A stretch of 39,834 nt of DNA. Source: an uncultured Rhodothermales bacterium. GTDB lineage: Bacteria; Bacteroidota; Rhodothermia; Rhodothermales; UBA10348. The notes under the pieces are model-generated. The model saw only the letters and a list, made by a program, of their open reading frames with translations. It ran no database searches and was not told the DNA's origin. A program made the translations under genes and the position numbers. The stretch is taken from the NCBI GenBank assembly GCA_964466675.1, contig CAYXSE010000001.1:1580-41413 (forward strand). Reading direction: 5' to 3'. Shown here one piece after another: positions 27,647 to 36,765 of this stretch (its first letter is position 1; each line of letters starts with the position of its first letter).

Positions 27647-29107
27647 TCAGGCTCTGCGCTTCTCCACCGTCCGCTCGTACAGATCCATGTACTTCTGGGC
27701 CGATACCGCCCACGAGAGGTCGGTCTCCATGCCTCGCACCTGCATGGTTTGCCACGCGTCTTGGTCTCTGAATACGGCGATGGCTCGCTTGATGGTGCCC
27801 TTGAGGGCTCCCGGCGTGGCATCAAGGAACGAGAACCCGTTACCCGCTCCGCCCGTCTCGTGCCAATCGTGAACCGTATCGGCGAGTCCTCCGGTCTTTC
27901 GGACCAGGGGGAGCGTGCCGTAGGCCAGCGAATACATCTGGTTCAGGCCGCAGGGCTCGTAGTGCGAGGGCATCAGGAAGCAGTTCGCACCGGCCTCGAT
28001 ACGATGTGCCAGCGGATCGCTGTAGCCGATATAGGCTCCGACACGGTCAGGAAAGCTGGCCGCCGCCCAATTGAAGAAGTCTTCGAGTCCCGGGTCGCCA
28101 CTGCCGAGGACGACGAGTTGCATTTTTTCCTCCCGGAGGAGTTCAGCGAGGATGGGCTGCAACAAATCCAATCCCTTCTGCGCGGCGAATCGGGTAACAA
28201 TGCCAAAAACTGGAACAGACGGATCATACGGCAGCCCGAATTCCTCCAGGAGGAGCCGGGTGTTCTCAGCCTTCTTCCCGAGCGTCTCGGAGTCGTAGTT
28301 GACGGCTATGTGAGGGTCGGTGGAGGGATTCCATACGCTGGAATCGATCCCGTTCACGATTCCGGAAAGATCCGCACCCCTGCCACGCAGGACTCCCTCC
28401 AGGCCTGCTCCGTAGGCGGATGTCTGAATCTCTCTGGCGTAGGTCTCGCTGACTGTGGCGATCGAGTCCGCGTACATGATCCCGGCCTTCAGAAAAGAAA
28501 ACGCGCCGTCGAGTTCGAACGCTCCGCCGGGAAAAAAATCATCGCGAGGCAGACCGGCGCTGTCGATGGTTGAATCATCGAACCGGCCCTGGTAGGCAAT
28601 GTTGTGAATGGAGAGCAGGGACGCTGTGTCCTTAAAAAGTGCGTCCCAGTCATAACTATGCCGGAGCATGGCGGGCATCAGCGCGGCCTGCCAGTCATTA
28701 CAATGCAACAGGTCTGGAGACCACGCATAACGCTGCATGATTCGGAAGGCAGCATGCTGGAGAGTGATGAAACGCTCGTCCTCGTCTCGGTCATTGGTGT
28801 AGATGGAGCCGCGGTGGTAGTAGTGGGGGCAGTCCACCAGATAGACATCTACCGTGCTCCCCGGGAGGTGGCCATGAAAAACGTTAACCGGCCGGGTGCC
28901 TCCGGGTACAGGGATCGGGATTTCCTGCAGGTCAGTCGCGAAGACGAATCCATGGTCCTGCACCTGGATGGAATCGTAGAGCGGCATGAACAGCTTCACG
29001 TCACCGCCCAGGGCCTCGATGGCCGGCGGGAGGGCTCCGCTTACATCGGCCAAGCCCCCAGTCTTTGCAAAAGGGACCGTTTCGCTTGAACAGAAGGCAA
29101 TGCGCAT
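27647..29107 (-). CDS. glgA: Glycogen synthase (GT5)
   Basis: PFAKTGGLADV, HCNDWQ, SIHNIAYQG, GIVNGID, MPSHYEPCGLNQMY, KTGGLADTV. GTG start. Confidence 0.96.
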   Translation of the reverse strand: MRIAFCSSETVPFAKTGGLADVSGALPPAIEALGGDVKLFMPLYDSIQVQDHGFVFATDLQEIPIPVPGGTRPVNVFHGHLPGSTVDVYLVDCPHYYHRGSIYTNDRDEDERFITLQHAAFRIMQRYAWSPDLLHCNDWQAALMPAMLRHSYDWDALFKDTASLLSIHNIAYQGRFDDSTIDSAGLPRDDFFPGGAFELDGAFSFLKAGIMYADSIATVSETYAREIQTSAYGAGLEGVLRGRGADLSGIVNGIDSSVWNPSTDPHIAVNYDSETLGKKAENTRLLLEEFGLPYDPSVPVFGIVTRFAAQKGLDLLQPILAELLREEKMQLVVLGSGDPGLEDFFNWAAASFPDRVGAYIGYSDPLAHRIEAGANCFLMPSHYEPCGLNQMYSLAYGTLPLVRKTGGLADTVHDWHETGGAGNGFSFLDATPGALKGTIKRAIAVFRDQDAWQTMQVRGMETDLSWAVSAQKYMDLYERTVEKRRA

Positions 29108-29215
29108 ACACTCCGGGCAATGTGAAGGACGGAACTGCTAAGATACCGGCGATTTGGCTCCGTATGGCACAGAAGTCATCTTGGAACATAGAACCTTCCA
29201 ACAAACAGCCTCGGC

Positions 29216-30235
29216 ATGCTCCCATCAGAGTTTCAGGTGAGAGAATCCTTCGTGACCCACGAGGAGCGGCTTGCACGCCTTCGGGAGATCGCAGCGGGCC
29301 CCGCGCCGGTCGTGTATCGAGAGTTGGGTCGTTCCGAAGAGGGAAGAGAGATCGGTGCGGTCGTACTAGGCGCCGGAAGCAGAAAGGCCACTTTGATTTC
29401 CGGGTCCCATGCCGATGAGCCCGTAGGCTCCGAGACTCTTATGGCGCTGGTCTCCGGAATATCGGACCATCCAGATGGCTACCGCGGCCTGATGGAGAAG
29501 TGGCAACTCCTGGTTATCCCGCATGTAAACCCCGATGGAGAGGCCAGAAACCGGGATTGGATTTCGGAATGGCCCAGTCTCCGCAGCTACATCGAGAACG
29601 TGGTCCGCGAACTTCCGGGTAGGGACATCGAATTCGGCTATCCGGACCTGCGTGTCGAGAACGAGATCGTGGCGCGTGCAATCAGGGAGTTTGCTCCGGT
29701 CGATCTTCACATGTCTCTACACGGCATGGGCTTCTCGGATGGAGCGATGTTGTTGATCGAACGGCACTGGGCCTTTCGGACTGAATCCCTCAGGACAGGA
29801 TTTCGAGAGGCCGCCAAGGCGGAAGGCCTACAGATGCATGATCACAATCGAAAGGGCGAGAAGGGGTTCTTCCAGATCGAGCCGGGGTATACGACGACTC
29901 CGGAAGGTGCGGCCATGCGGGCGTACTTCATGGCGGCCGCCGATCCGGAGACTGCGGCACTGTTCAAGGACAGTTCGATGGAGTTTGTTCGGAGCCTTGG
30001 GGGAAATCCACTTTGTGTGGTGACGGAGATGCCTCTGTTCCTCGTGGACGGGCCCCGGCGACCCGGCGTCCCTGAGGCATACCTGGCATTCCGGCAGCGG
30101 TTGAAGGGTCTGACGCCGACGACTATGAGTGATGAGACCGTGGCAAAATTCCCCGTCCGGCCCTTGCCTTTGCCGGTGGCCATGCGGCTCCAGTGGGCGG
30201 CTCTGAACCTGGCACTTCAACAGGCTTCAGACTGA
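29216..30235 (+). CDS. M14-family zinc carboxypeptidase-like protein
   Basis: LGRSEEGREI, HADE (HxxE), PHVNPDG, MSLHG. Confidence 0.82.
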   Translation: MLPSEFQVRESFVTHEERLARLREIAAGPAPVVYRELGRSEEGREIGAVVLGAGSRKATLISGSHADEPVGSETLMALVSGISDHPDGYRGLMEKWQLLVIPHVNPDGEARNRDWISEWPSLRSYIENVVRELPGRDIEFGYPDLRVENEIVARAIREFAPVDLHMSLHGMGFSDGAMLLIERHWAFRTESLRTGFREAAKAEGLQMHDHNRKGEKGFFQIEPGYTTTPEGAAMRAYFMAAADPETAALFKDSSMEFVRSLGGNPLCVVTEMPLFLVDGPRRPGVPEAYLAFRQRLKGLTPTTMSDETVAKFPVRPLPLPVAMRLQWAALNLALQQASD

Positions 30236-30382
30236 GGTTCTGAAGGCCTTTCGAGTCGCTCGGTGAAGGTTTCGTGTTGACTGCATTTTGCAAGGATCCT
30301 GGATCGAAGATGCCGATTGGAGCGGATCGTCGGTTCGCCTCAACGCGGGCCGACTCAAACCGAAAAAAAGCTTTTAGATATT

Positions 30383-30682
30383 ATGATCACCAAGAAGATC
30401 AGCCCGAAGGGCAATTCAGTCCGTGTGACGTTCTCACTTCCCGCCGATGCCGCCTCCGAGTCCGTGTCCGTCGTCGGGCAGTTCAATGAGTGGGACCAGG
30501 CGAAGGGTGCCATGAAACTCGATGCCAAGAAAGGTTTCTGGACCAAAGGCATCTCCATCAAGCCCGGTTCAACGCACCAGTTCCGATACGTCCTGGACGG
30601 CGGCACCTGGTTGAACGACGATCAGGCTGACTCTTTCGTCTCGAACGAGTACTCGGAACAGAACGGCGTTGTCCAGGCCTAG
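30383..30682 (+). CDS. Stand-alone isoamylase early-set / CBM48-like glycogen-binding protein
   Basis: VRVTFSLP...VSVVGQFNEW...HQFRYVLDGGTWLND..AD....N.Y. Start reassigned to ATG 30383 after an AT-rich leader. Confidence 0.88.
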   Translation: MITKKISPKGNSVRVTFSLPADAASESVSVVGQFNEWDQAKGAMKLDAKKGFWTKGISIKPGSTHQFRYVLDGGTWLNDDQADSFVSNEYSEQNGVVQA

Positions 30683-30708
30683 GTCTGGTTGACAGATTTT
30701 GGTCTCTC

Positions 30709-30749
30709 AAAGGGGCGGAGTGACCACACTTCGCCCCTTTTTTATTTTT
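30709..30749 (+). terminator. Rho-independent terminator (possibly bidirectional)
   Basis: AAAGGGGCGGAGTG-ACCA-CACTTCGCCCCTTT followed by TTTATTTTT, between convergent genes. Confidence 0.9.
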
Positions 30750-30760
30750 GAGACGAACGG

Positions 30761-31303
30761 CTAACCGAAGAGGAGTTGTACCACCCAGACGGCCATGAAC
30801 ATGGCAAATACGTCTGCGATGAGTCCGGCCGACAGGGCGTGACGGGTCTTTTTGACGTTGACGGCCCCGAAGTAGACCGCTAGCACGTAGAAAGTGGTTT
30901 CCGTAGAGCCGAACATGGTGGCGGCCATCTTGACCAGAATGGAGTCAGCACCGTACTGGGCAATCATGTCCAGTACGATGGCTGCGGAACCACTGCCGGT
31001 GAGCGGCCTCATGATCATCATGGGAAGCACCTCCGCCGGCACCGCCAGCCAAGCCAGGACTGGCCGAGCGCCATCGATCAGGAAATCCATGGCCCCGGAG
31101 GCTCTGAACATCCCGATGGCGAACAGTATCGCCACGAGATACGGGATGATGGTGATGGCCACCTGAAAGCCGCCTTTCGCACCCTCGACGAACTCCTCGT
31201 AGACCGGGACCTTCTTCCACACGCCATATAGTGGGAACCCTACGATCAGAAGTGGCAGGACGAACGTGGAGAAGACCTCGATGAATGCGCGTACAGTATC
31301 CAT
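30761..31303 (-). CDS. spmB: SpmB-like membrane protein (nucleoside-recognition Gate domain)
   Basis: KKVPVYEEFVEGAKGG, IIPYLVAIL.AIGMFRASGA, MRPLTGSGS, GSTETTFYVLAVYFGAV. Confidence 0.9.
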   Translation of the reverse strand: MDTVRAFIEVFSTFVLPLLIVGFPLYGVWKKVPVYEEFVEGAKGGFQVAITIIPYLVAILFAIGMFRASGAMDFLIDGARPVLAWLAVPAEVLPMMIMRPLTGSGSAAIVLDMIAQYGADSILVKMAATMFGSTETTFYVLAVYFGAVNVKKTRHALSAGLIADVFAMFMAVWVVQLLFG

Positions 31304-31304
31304 G

Positions 31305-32270
31305 TCAGGCCTCCTTCCGATGTGGGTTAGTCAGGCGGTGCTTGCGGCGGCGACTCAGGAGTTTTGCGGCCGTAATGGCCACTCCCAGCGACATCCCTGT
31401 GACAATGAGAATCGCAAAAATCAGCTGGTTGACCTGAAGCCCCATAATGGCTACCAACAGCACTGGTGGGACCAGTTGAACGCTGGCGGTGTTCATGGCC
31501 AGAAGCATGACCATGGAGTCCGTGGCCGTGTCCGGTTCGGGATTCAGCTCCTGAAGAGACTCCATAGCCTTAATGCCCAAAGGCGTCGCGGCATTGGCCA
31601 GGCCAAGCATGTTGGCCGAGAGGTTCAGAACAATCAACGCAATCGCCGGGTGCCCGTCCGGGATCTCGGGGAAGAGCCGTCTGAGAACAGGCTGGGTCAC
31701 GCGCACCAGTATCTGCAGGAGCCCCGATTTGTCCGCGATCTGAATGAGCCCCATCCACAACGCCATAATGCCGATGAGGCCAAGAGCCAGGGCTACGGCC
31801 GTCTCAGCCAGGTCGAACGCAGCCTGGGTGATAGACTGCATTTTGGTGAACCGGACTGCGGGAAAGACCACGGTCGCGAGCGCGGTCGAGTCCGGCCGCA
31901 AAACTCCGAGAGAGACGGGCCCCCTGAGGTCGTTGTCTCTCGGCGATGTAAACATCCTGATGGTACCGAGTGGGGCGGGTAGCGGCACATCCTGTGCAAA
32001 CCGGATCTCACGCCCATCGGCGGTCTGAACCAGGGTCCCCTTCATCGACCCCGGATCGGACTCTTCCGAGTCATAGGTCGCCTCGAAGGATACAAACCGC
32101 ACTTCAACGGGAAGAGATCGGGCGCCAGCCGAGTAACCGTCTGGGAAGTTGACCGTCAACTGCACGGGCTCCCCATTGCGGTACGTATCCGAAATCAGGT
32201 CCCGGGTGTCGTAGGCAACGGCAAAAACGAAACTGAATCCTATCAGTCCCGCCCAAATGTAGTTTAGCAT
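31305..32270 (-). CDS. spmA: SpmA-like membrane protein with an inserted soluble domain
   Basis: MLNYIW start (ATG 32270), MALWMGL, LFPEIP..HPA, ANMLGLANAATPLGIKAMESLQELNP, LAMNTASVQL. One nt from spmB. Confidence 0.9.
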   Translation of the reverse strand: MLNYIWAGLIGFSFVFAVAYDTRDLISDTYRNGEPVQLTVNFPDGYSAGARSLPVEVRFVSFEATYDSEESDPGSMKGTLVQTADGREIRFAQDVPLPAPLGTIRMFTSPRDNDLRGPVSLGVLRPDSTALATVVFPAVRFTKMQSITQAAFDLAETAVALALGLIGIMALWMGLIQIADKSGLLQILVRVTQPVLRRLFPEIPDGHPAIALIVLNLSANMLGLANAATPLGIKAMESLQELNPEPDTATDSMVMLLAMNTASVQLVPPVLLVAIMGLQVNQLIFAILIVTGMSLGVAITAAKLLSRRRKHRLTNPHRKEA

Positions 32271-32353
32271 GACATGGCGTCCGTGAGGATTCCGATGATA
32301 GGGCAAGGGTGAACCAGATGGAACAAGGCCGTGAGGTCCCGGGTGCGGGGAAG

Positions 32354-32917
32354 ATGGAGCAACGAATTCTCAGGGTGGTTGTCACGGGAGCGGAGTGCAC
32401 GGGGAAGACCACGCTTGCCCGTTCCCTCGCCGACAAGTTCCACGCGGTGTGGGTCGAGGAGGCGGCGCGTGCCTGGGCAGCAACTGTCCGCCGGCCCCTT
32501 ACAGCCTTCGACGTCGCTCGAATCGGGGCCATGCACGCGAAGGCCAATCGAGAGGCGATGGACTCTCTCGGCAGGAACGGCGTTCTCGTCCTTGATACCG
32601 ATTTGATCTCCAGCATGGTCTACGCCCGGCACTATCATGGCCTCCGGCCCACCTGGTTGACGGCCGCGGCCCGTCAACACCGGGCAGACCTCTACCTGCT
32701 ATGTGGCACCGAGGTGCCGTGGAGGCCAGAGCCGGGTCAACGGAGCAGCCCGGAGGATCGGGACATCGTTCAAACGATGATTATTGAGATTCTGGAAGAC
32801 TTCGGCTGCCGAACTGTCTCACTCGGCGGTTCCGAGGAGTCGAGGTTCGGCGTGGCGGTGCGAGCCATCGAGGCGATTGGCCATCCGCGAGCTGTGACGG
32901 CCTCTGTCACCCGATGA
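32354..32917 (+). CDS. NadR-type P-loop ATPase/kinase (AAA_28-like)
   Basis: VVVTGAECTGKTTLA Walker A, VEEAAR, VLDTDLIS, DLYLLC...VPW. Start could be 32309, 32318 or 32354. Confidence 0.82.
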   Translation: MEQRILRVVVTGAECTGKTTLARSLADKFHAVWVEEAARAWAATVRRPLTAFDVARIGAMHAKANREAMDSLGRNGVLVLDTDLISSMVYARHYHGLRPTWLTAAARQHRADLYLLCGTEVPWRPEPGQRSSPEDRDIVQTMIIEILEDFGCRTVSLGGSEESRFGVAVRAIEAIGHPRAVTASVTR

Positions 32918-32922
32918 TCTCG

Positions 32923-32984
32923 CAGAGGCCCCACGAAAAAACGCGGCCCAACGAAAAAACGCCAGAGGCCCCACGAAAAAACGC
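32923..32984. repeat. Imperfect tandem repeat x3 (22/18/22 bp)
   Basis: CAGAGGCCCCACGAAAAAACGC GGCCCAACGAAAAAACGC CAGAGGCCCCACGAAAAAACGC. Confidence 0.9.
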
Positions 32985-33011
32985 CGAGGCAGCAAAAGCC
33001 GCCTCGGCGTT
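32976..33011 (-). terminator. Rho-independent terminator of the subtilase gene
   Basis: Minus strand AACGCCGAGGCGGC-TTTT-GCTGCCTCGGCGTTTTTT, about 45 nt after the stop at 33057. Confidence 0.85.
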
Positions 33012-33056
33012 GTCTCAAGAGACACTGGGAGTCTCCCGGTCATGGCGAACCGGACT

Positions 33057-34412
33057 TTACAGATCTCCGACCCAGACAGATTTGTTGATGGTCTGGGGCC
33101 CGGTCAGTTTGATCCCGGCCTTGGCACGACGAATCAGCTCGGTGGCGACTTCATCCGGCGAAGCGGATGGGTTTTGAGACAGGTACAGCGCCGCGGCTCC
33201 AGCCACATGGGGGGCGGCCATGGATGTCCCGGTCATCTGCAGCGGAGCGCCAACGCCTCCGAGAGTCGGCGACAGGGAGATGATGTCTTCTCCCGGAGCC
33301 AAGATGTCGAGCGAAGTGCCCCAGTTGGAGAAGCCCGAGAAGTAGCCGTCGCCGGTGTGAGAGCCGACCGTCAGTGCACCGGGTACGTGGGCCGGGGTGA
33401 CGAGTGACGCGTCTACGCCCTGGTTGCCAGCGGCTACGACGACGGTCACGCCCATCTCGACGAGGCGTTCGACGGCTTCATCCAGGGCGGTGTAGGAGGT
33501 GGACCCAATGTTCTCCCCGAGGGACATGTTGACGACCATGGGAGTCTGCGGGCTGAGTTCACGAGCTCTGATGACGTACTCGATCGCCGCAATCACGACG
33601 GATACGTCCGTCGTACCGTCGTCTCCCAGGACCTTCAGGTTGTGAATCCGTGCACCCGGAGCCACGCCTACGAGGCCAGTCGTGTTGTCCGAGGCCCCGA
33701 TGATGCCGGCGACGTGGGTTCCGTGCCCGTCGTAGTCGTTGGGATCATCAATACCGGTGCCCATCGTACCTCGAAAATCGATCGACTCGACTATGTTCAG
33801 GTCGTCATTGCTTACGCCGGTATCGATCACATAAACATCCACGTCCACCGAACCAGATCCGTCTCCAGAAATGGTCGAACTGGTCTGGCCACCGACATAG
33901 GCGACACTCCAGGGAATAGTCTGTCCGACTTCGCCCGTCAATTCGGACGACGCAGGAGTCTCGACGCTGAAATCGGGCTCGAACCACTCGATGTCGCTAT
34001 CGGCCTGAAGGGCGGAAATAACGCTTGAGAAATCGGTCCCACCTGTCGTGTCCTCGAACGTGACAGCGAAGCCGTCGAAGGCGGAGGTGTACTCATACCG
34101 CTCCATCAGCTTGTAACGCTCGAGCACGCGGTAGCGCTCCAGGATCTTGTAACGCTCCAACACACGCTGCTTGTTGATCTTAAAGATCAGACCCAGCGCG
34201 TTGTCTGTCTTACCCGCGAACTCACCGGATCCGGAACGAAGTGCCCGGTCCATCAGGTTCGCGTGGCGAAACTTGTTTGGCTGGTCGGATTGATCGACCG
34301 TCGTCCCGTAATCGTCGGGTCCCGTGAAAGAGTCGGTGCAGCCCGAGAGGACGAAGAACCCCATAATGAGGGCCACGAGCGTCGAGCGTTTGAGGGAGTC
34401 TAGGTATGCCAT
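33057..34412 (-). CDS. S8 subtilisin-like serine protease, lipoprotein, with I9-like prodomain
   Basis: Lipobox LSGC; catalytic motifs VIDTG, HGTHVAG, GTSMAAPHVAG; AAGN oxyanion motif. Start reassigned to ATG 34412. Confidence 0.94.
   Translation of the reverse strand: MAYLDSLKRSTLVALIMGFFVLSGCTDSFTGPDDYGTTVDQSDQPNKFRHANLMDRALRSGSGEFAGKTDNALGLIFKINKQRVLERYKILERYRVLERYKLMERYEYTSAFDGFAVTFEDTTGGTDFSSVISALQADSDIEWFEPDFSVETPASSELTGEVGQTIPWSVAYVGGQTSSTISGDGSGSVDVDVYVIDTGVSNDDLNIVESIDFRGTMGTGIDDPNDYDGHGTHVAGIIGASDNTTGLVGVAPGARIHNLKVLGDDGTTDVSVVIAAIEYVIRARELSPQTPMVVNMSLGENIGSTSYTALDEAVERLVEMGVTVVVAAGNQGVDASLVTPAHVPGALTVGSHTGDGYFSGFSNWGTSLDILAPGEDIISLSPTLGGVGAPLQMTGTSMAAPHVAGAAALYLSQNPSASPDEVATELIRRAKAGIKLTGPQTINKSVWVGDL
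34095..34166 (-). repeat. 18-bp/6-aa tandem repeat x4 within the prodomain
   Basis: RVLERY KILERY RVLERY KLMERY. Confidence 0.92.
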
Positions 34413-34646
34413 AGGTGTTGGTCTCTCCGGGGTGCGGGTCTCAATCAAGGAGGGCCCGAACCCCGATTATGTAACACGATCCGCGAAAGTGAGGGATCGA
34501 TACAGGTATCTCGTGGTGTATCGGCTCAATGGCGGCCGTCTTAAATCTGGTGATGTGAAGACGGTGTGAACACGAGATTGGTCGGACTTAAGTCAAGCGG
34601 CCATTTGGCCGAAACCGGGGGTGTGTTCCGAGCAAACTCGCTTCTC

Positions 34647-35768
34647 ATGCGCGCCCTACTCCTTTGTCTACCCGCCGTAGTCCTGATGTCGTGTCAGACG
34701 ATCACAGAACCGGACATTCTCGAAGAAGACCCTCCGGTCGCTATCGAGGCGGCGCTGAGCGTGATCGGATACCATACTTGGTGGTCGGGAGCGTCCTGGC
34801 AGCGGTACGACTTTGCCGCGCTCGACGAGGTCTACTTCTTCTCCCTGGAGGTAGGGACCGACGGGCGCATCGTTGAAGATCACGGATGGCCGGAGGACTG
34901 GACTGAGTTCATCGCAACCGCTCGGGCGACCGAAACGTCGATTTTAACGAGTGTCACCATTCTGGATTCCGCGACCTATTCATCCGTCTTTTCCAGCCCG
35001 GCGGCGACCGACACCCTACTCGCCGAGTTGATCCGCATCGGCCTGGATCCAGCGGCCGATGGCGTGCATCTGGATTTCGAAATGTTCGATCCCGTTTCCC
35101 CAGGCGAGCGCTCCGCCTTAACCGATCTGGTGGTCAGGCTCCGGGAGGCACTGGACGCAACCCGTCCTGGAACCCAAATCACCATGTATTCGCTGGCGGA
35201 AGACCCTGCGGACGCGATGGATGAGCGTGCGCTCTCCGGAAGTCTCGATCGGTTCATCGTGCAGGCGTACGACCTTCATTGGCAGTACGGCGACACAGCC
35301 GGTCCGGTCGCCCCTGTCGACGGCTGGAGCGGACGGAACTGGCGGTCGATCCTTGGTCGGTACGATGCGATGGGCATTACCAGGGACAAAATGTTCTTTA
35401 CCGTTCCGTACTTCGGTTACGAATGGCCGACCACGGATTTCTTCCCTGGAGCCCAGACCACAGGTCCAGGTATTGTCCTGGCCTATACAGACGGACTGGA
35501 AGGCCTTCCCAGCGCCAGGGAACGCGCCACGCTGCACGGAAAACTCCGGGACGAATCCTCCGGCTCCCCCTACTACGCCTACCGAGATAGCGTCGGCTGG
35601 CGGCAGGGTTGGTTCGATGATGCCGCTAGCGTCGCAGAAAAATACGAGTTCGTGATGCGTGAGGGGCTGGCCGGTGTGGCCATCTTCCCATTGGCGTACG
35701 GCGACGGAGACCTCTTGGCCGCGCTGTCTTCGGCCCGTGCTGCGGGGGCAATAGCGATCGCTCCGTGA
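34647..35768 (+). CDS. Glycoside hydrolase family 18 lipoprotein
   Basis: Lipobox LMSC; DGVHLDFE catalytic motif, VQAYD, VPYFGYEW, WFDDAAS...KY....GLAGVAIF. Start reassigned to ATG 34647. Confidence 0.87.
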   Translation: MRALLLCLPAVVLMSCQTITEPDILEEDPPVAIEAALSVIGYHTWWSGASWQRYDFAALDEVYFFSLEVGTDGRIVEDHGWPEDWTEFIATARATETSILTSVTILDSATYSSVFSSPAATDTLLAELIRIGLDPAADGVHLDFEMFDPVSPGERSALTDLVVRLREALDATRPGTQITMYSLAEDPADAMDERALSGSLDRFIVQAYDLHWQYGDTAGPVAPVDGWSGRNWRSILGRYDAMGITRDKMFFTVPYFGYEWPTTDFFPGAQTTGPGIVLAYTDGLEGLPSARERATLHGKLRDESSGSPYYAYRDSVGWRQGWFDDAASVAEKYEFVMREGLAGVAIFPLAYGDGDLLAALSSARAAGAIAIAP

Positions 35769-35910
35769 ATGCGCGGCTCGGCTCGCTCAGCAGGCGCAGC
35801 CTCATTATTCTGCTGACCAGGGCTTGTTGTGTGCCGAGATCCGGTGCGGCGCAGCCTCGGGTCTTGGGCTACCATGCTTGGTGGATCGATGGAGCCTTGA
35901 GCGGTGCCCG

Positions 35911-36666
35911 TCAGTCGCGCTGAATGGACGAGAGGTGGCCGGCCGCCAGATCGGCAATGAGGCCCCACGGGTCCGGGAGGCTGGTCCACAATTGGCCGGG
36001 CAGCCGGACATTCCCAGGGGAGTCGATACCGATGATCAGCGTGTCGGCTCGATCAGACGAGAAGGTTCCGATAATCACCAGCGGCATACCCTCTGACAGA
36101 GCGGCGACCCAGGCAGGTGATGGATCCACAGCGGCTGCGGCACTAGCGCTTGAGTCACCCTCGCGGGTAATGCTGCAGTGGCGCTGAAGGGCATGTGCCA
36201 GGGGATCATTACCCTCGCCGACCGGCACATAAACCAGCGGTCCGTCGGCCGTCGTTTCTACTTCGGGATACGTGGTCTGCTGGCAAAGCTCGACAAGCAC
36301 CCCGAACGTGTCCCGGGGGTGAAGAAACACGATTCTCTTTCCATCGGCGCCGTTCCTGGGCTCACCGATCACCGTGAACCCCAGCTCCTCCAATCGAGAG
36401 GCTTCTTCGTCCAGGGAGTCCACCTCAAACGCCAGGTGGTGAATGCCCTGCCCCCGCCGTTCGATGAAGCGGGACACCGGCGATTCTGGACCGAGGGCCT
36501 CCAAAAGTTCGAGTTTGACCGACCCCGCCTGCAGAAAGACCGTCCGAACTCCGTCGGACGCAACCTCTTCAACCTTGTACGGTTTTTCCCCAAAAACCTG
36601 CTCGCACACCAACAAGGCGGCTTCCAGGTCTTCAACGGCCAGCCCAACGTGCTCGAGTCGTCTCAT
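35911..36666 (-). CDS. mce: Methylmalonyl-CoA epimerase with ~120-aa C-terminal extension
   Basis: MRRLEHVGLAV, KLELLE, GIHHLAFEV, GADGKRIVFLHP.DTFGVLVELCQ. Start reassigned to ATG 36666. Confidence 0.88.
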   Translation of the reverse strand: MRRLEHVGLAVEDLEAALLVCEQVFGEKPYKVEEVASDGVRTVFLQAGSVKLELLEALGPESPVSRFIERRGQGIHHLAFEVDSLDEEASRLEELGFTVIGEPRNGADGKRIVFLHPRDTFGVLVELCQQTTYPEVETTADGPLVYVPVGEGNDPLAHALQRHCSITREGDSSASAAAAVDPSPAWVAALSEGMPLVIIGTFSSDRADTLIIGIDSPGNVRLPGQLWTSLPDPWGLIADLAAGHLSSIQRD

Positions 36667-36765
36667 GGAGTAGGAGTGTTGATGGAATTCCCGGCGAAGA
36701 CGCCAAGGTAGCCAGAACATCGTCTCCGAACTGCGTAGGCCGGGGTAGCAGAAGGGGACAGAAAA

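Noticed and set aside
30761-32270. Sporulation capacity implied by spmAB
   Set aside because: SpmA/B homologues are widespread in non-sporulating bacteria, and the window context is diderm FCB-type.
32923-32984. Short repeats as a possible CRISPR array
   Set aside because: The units are directly adjacent with no unique spacers, and there are no cas genes.
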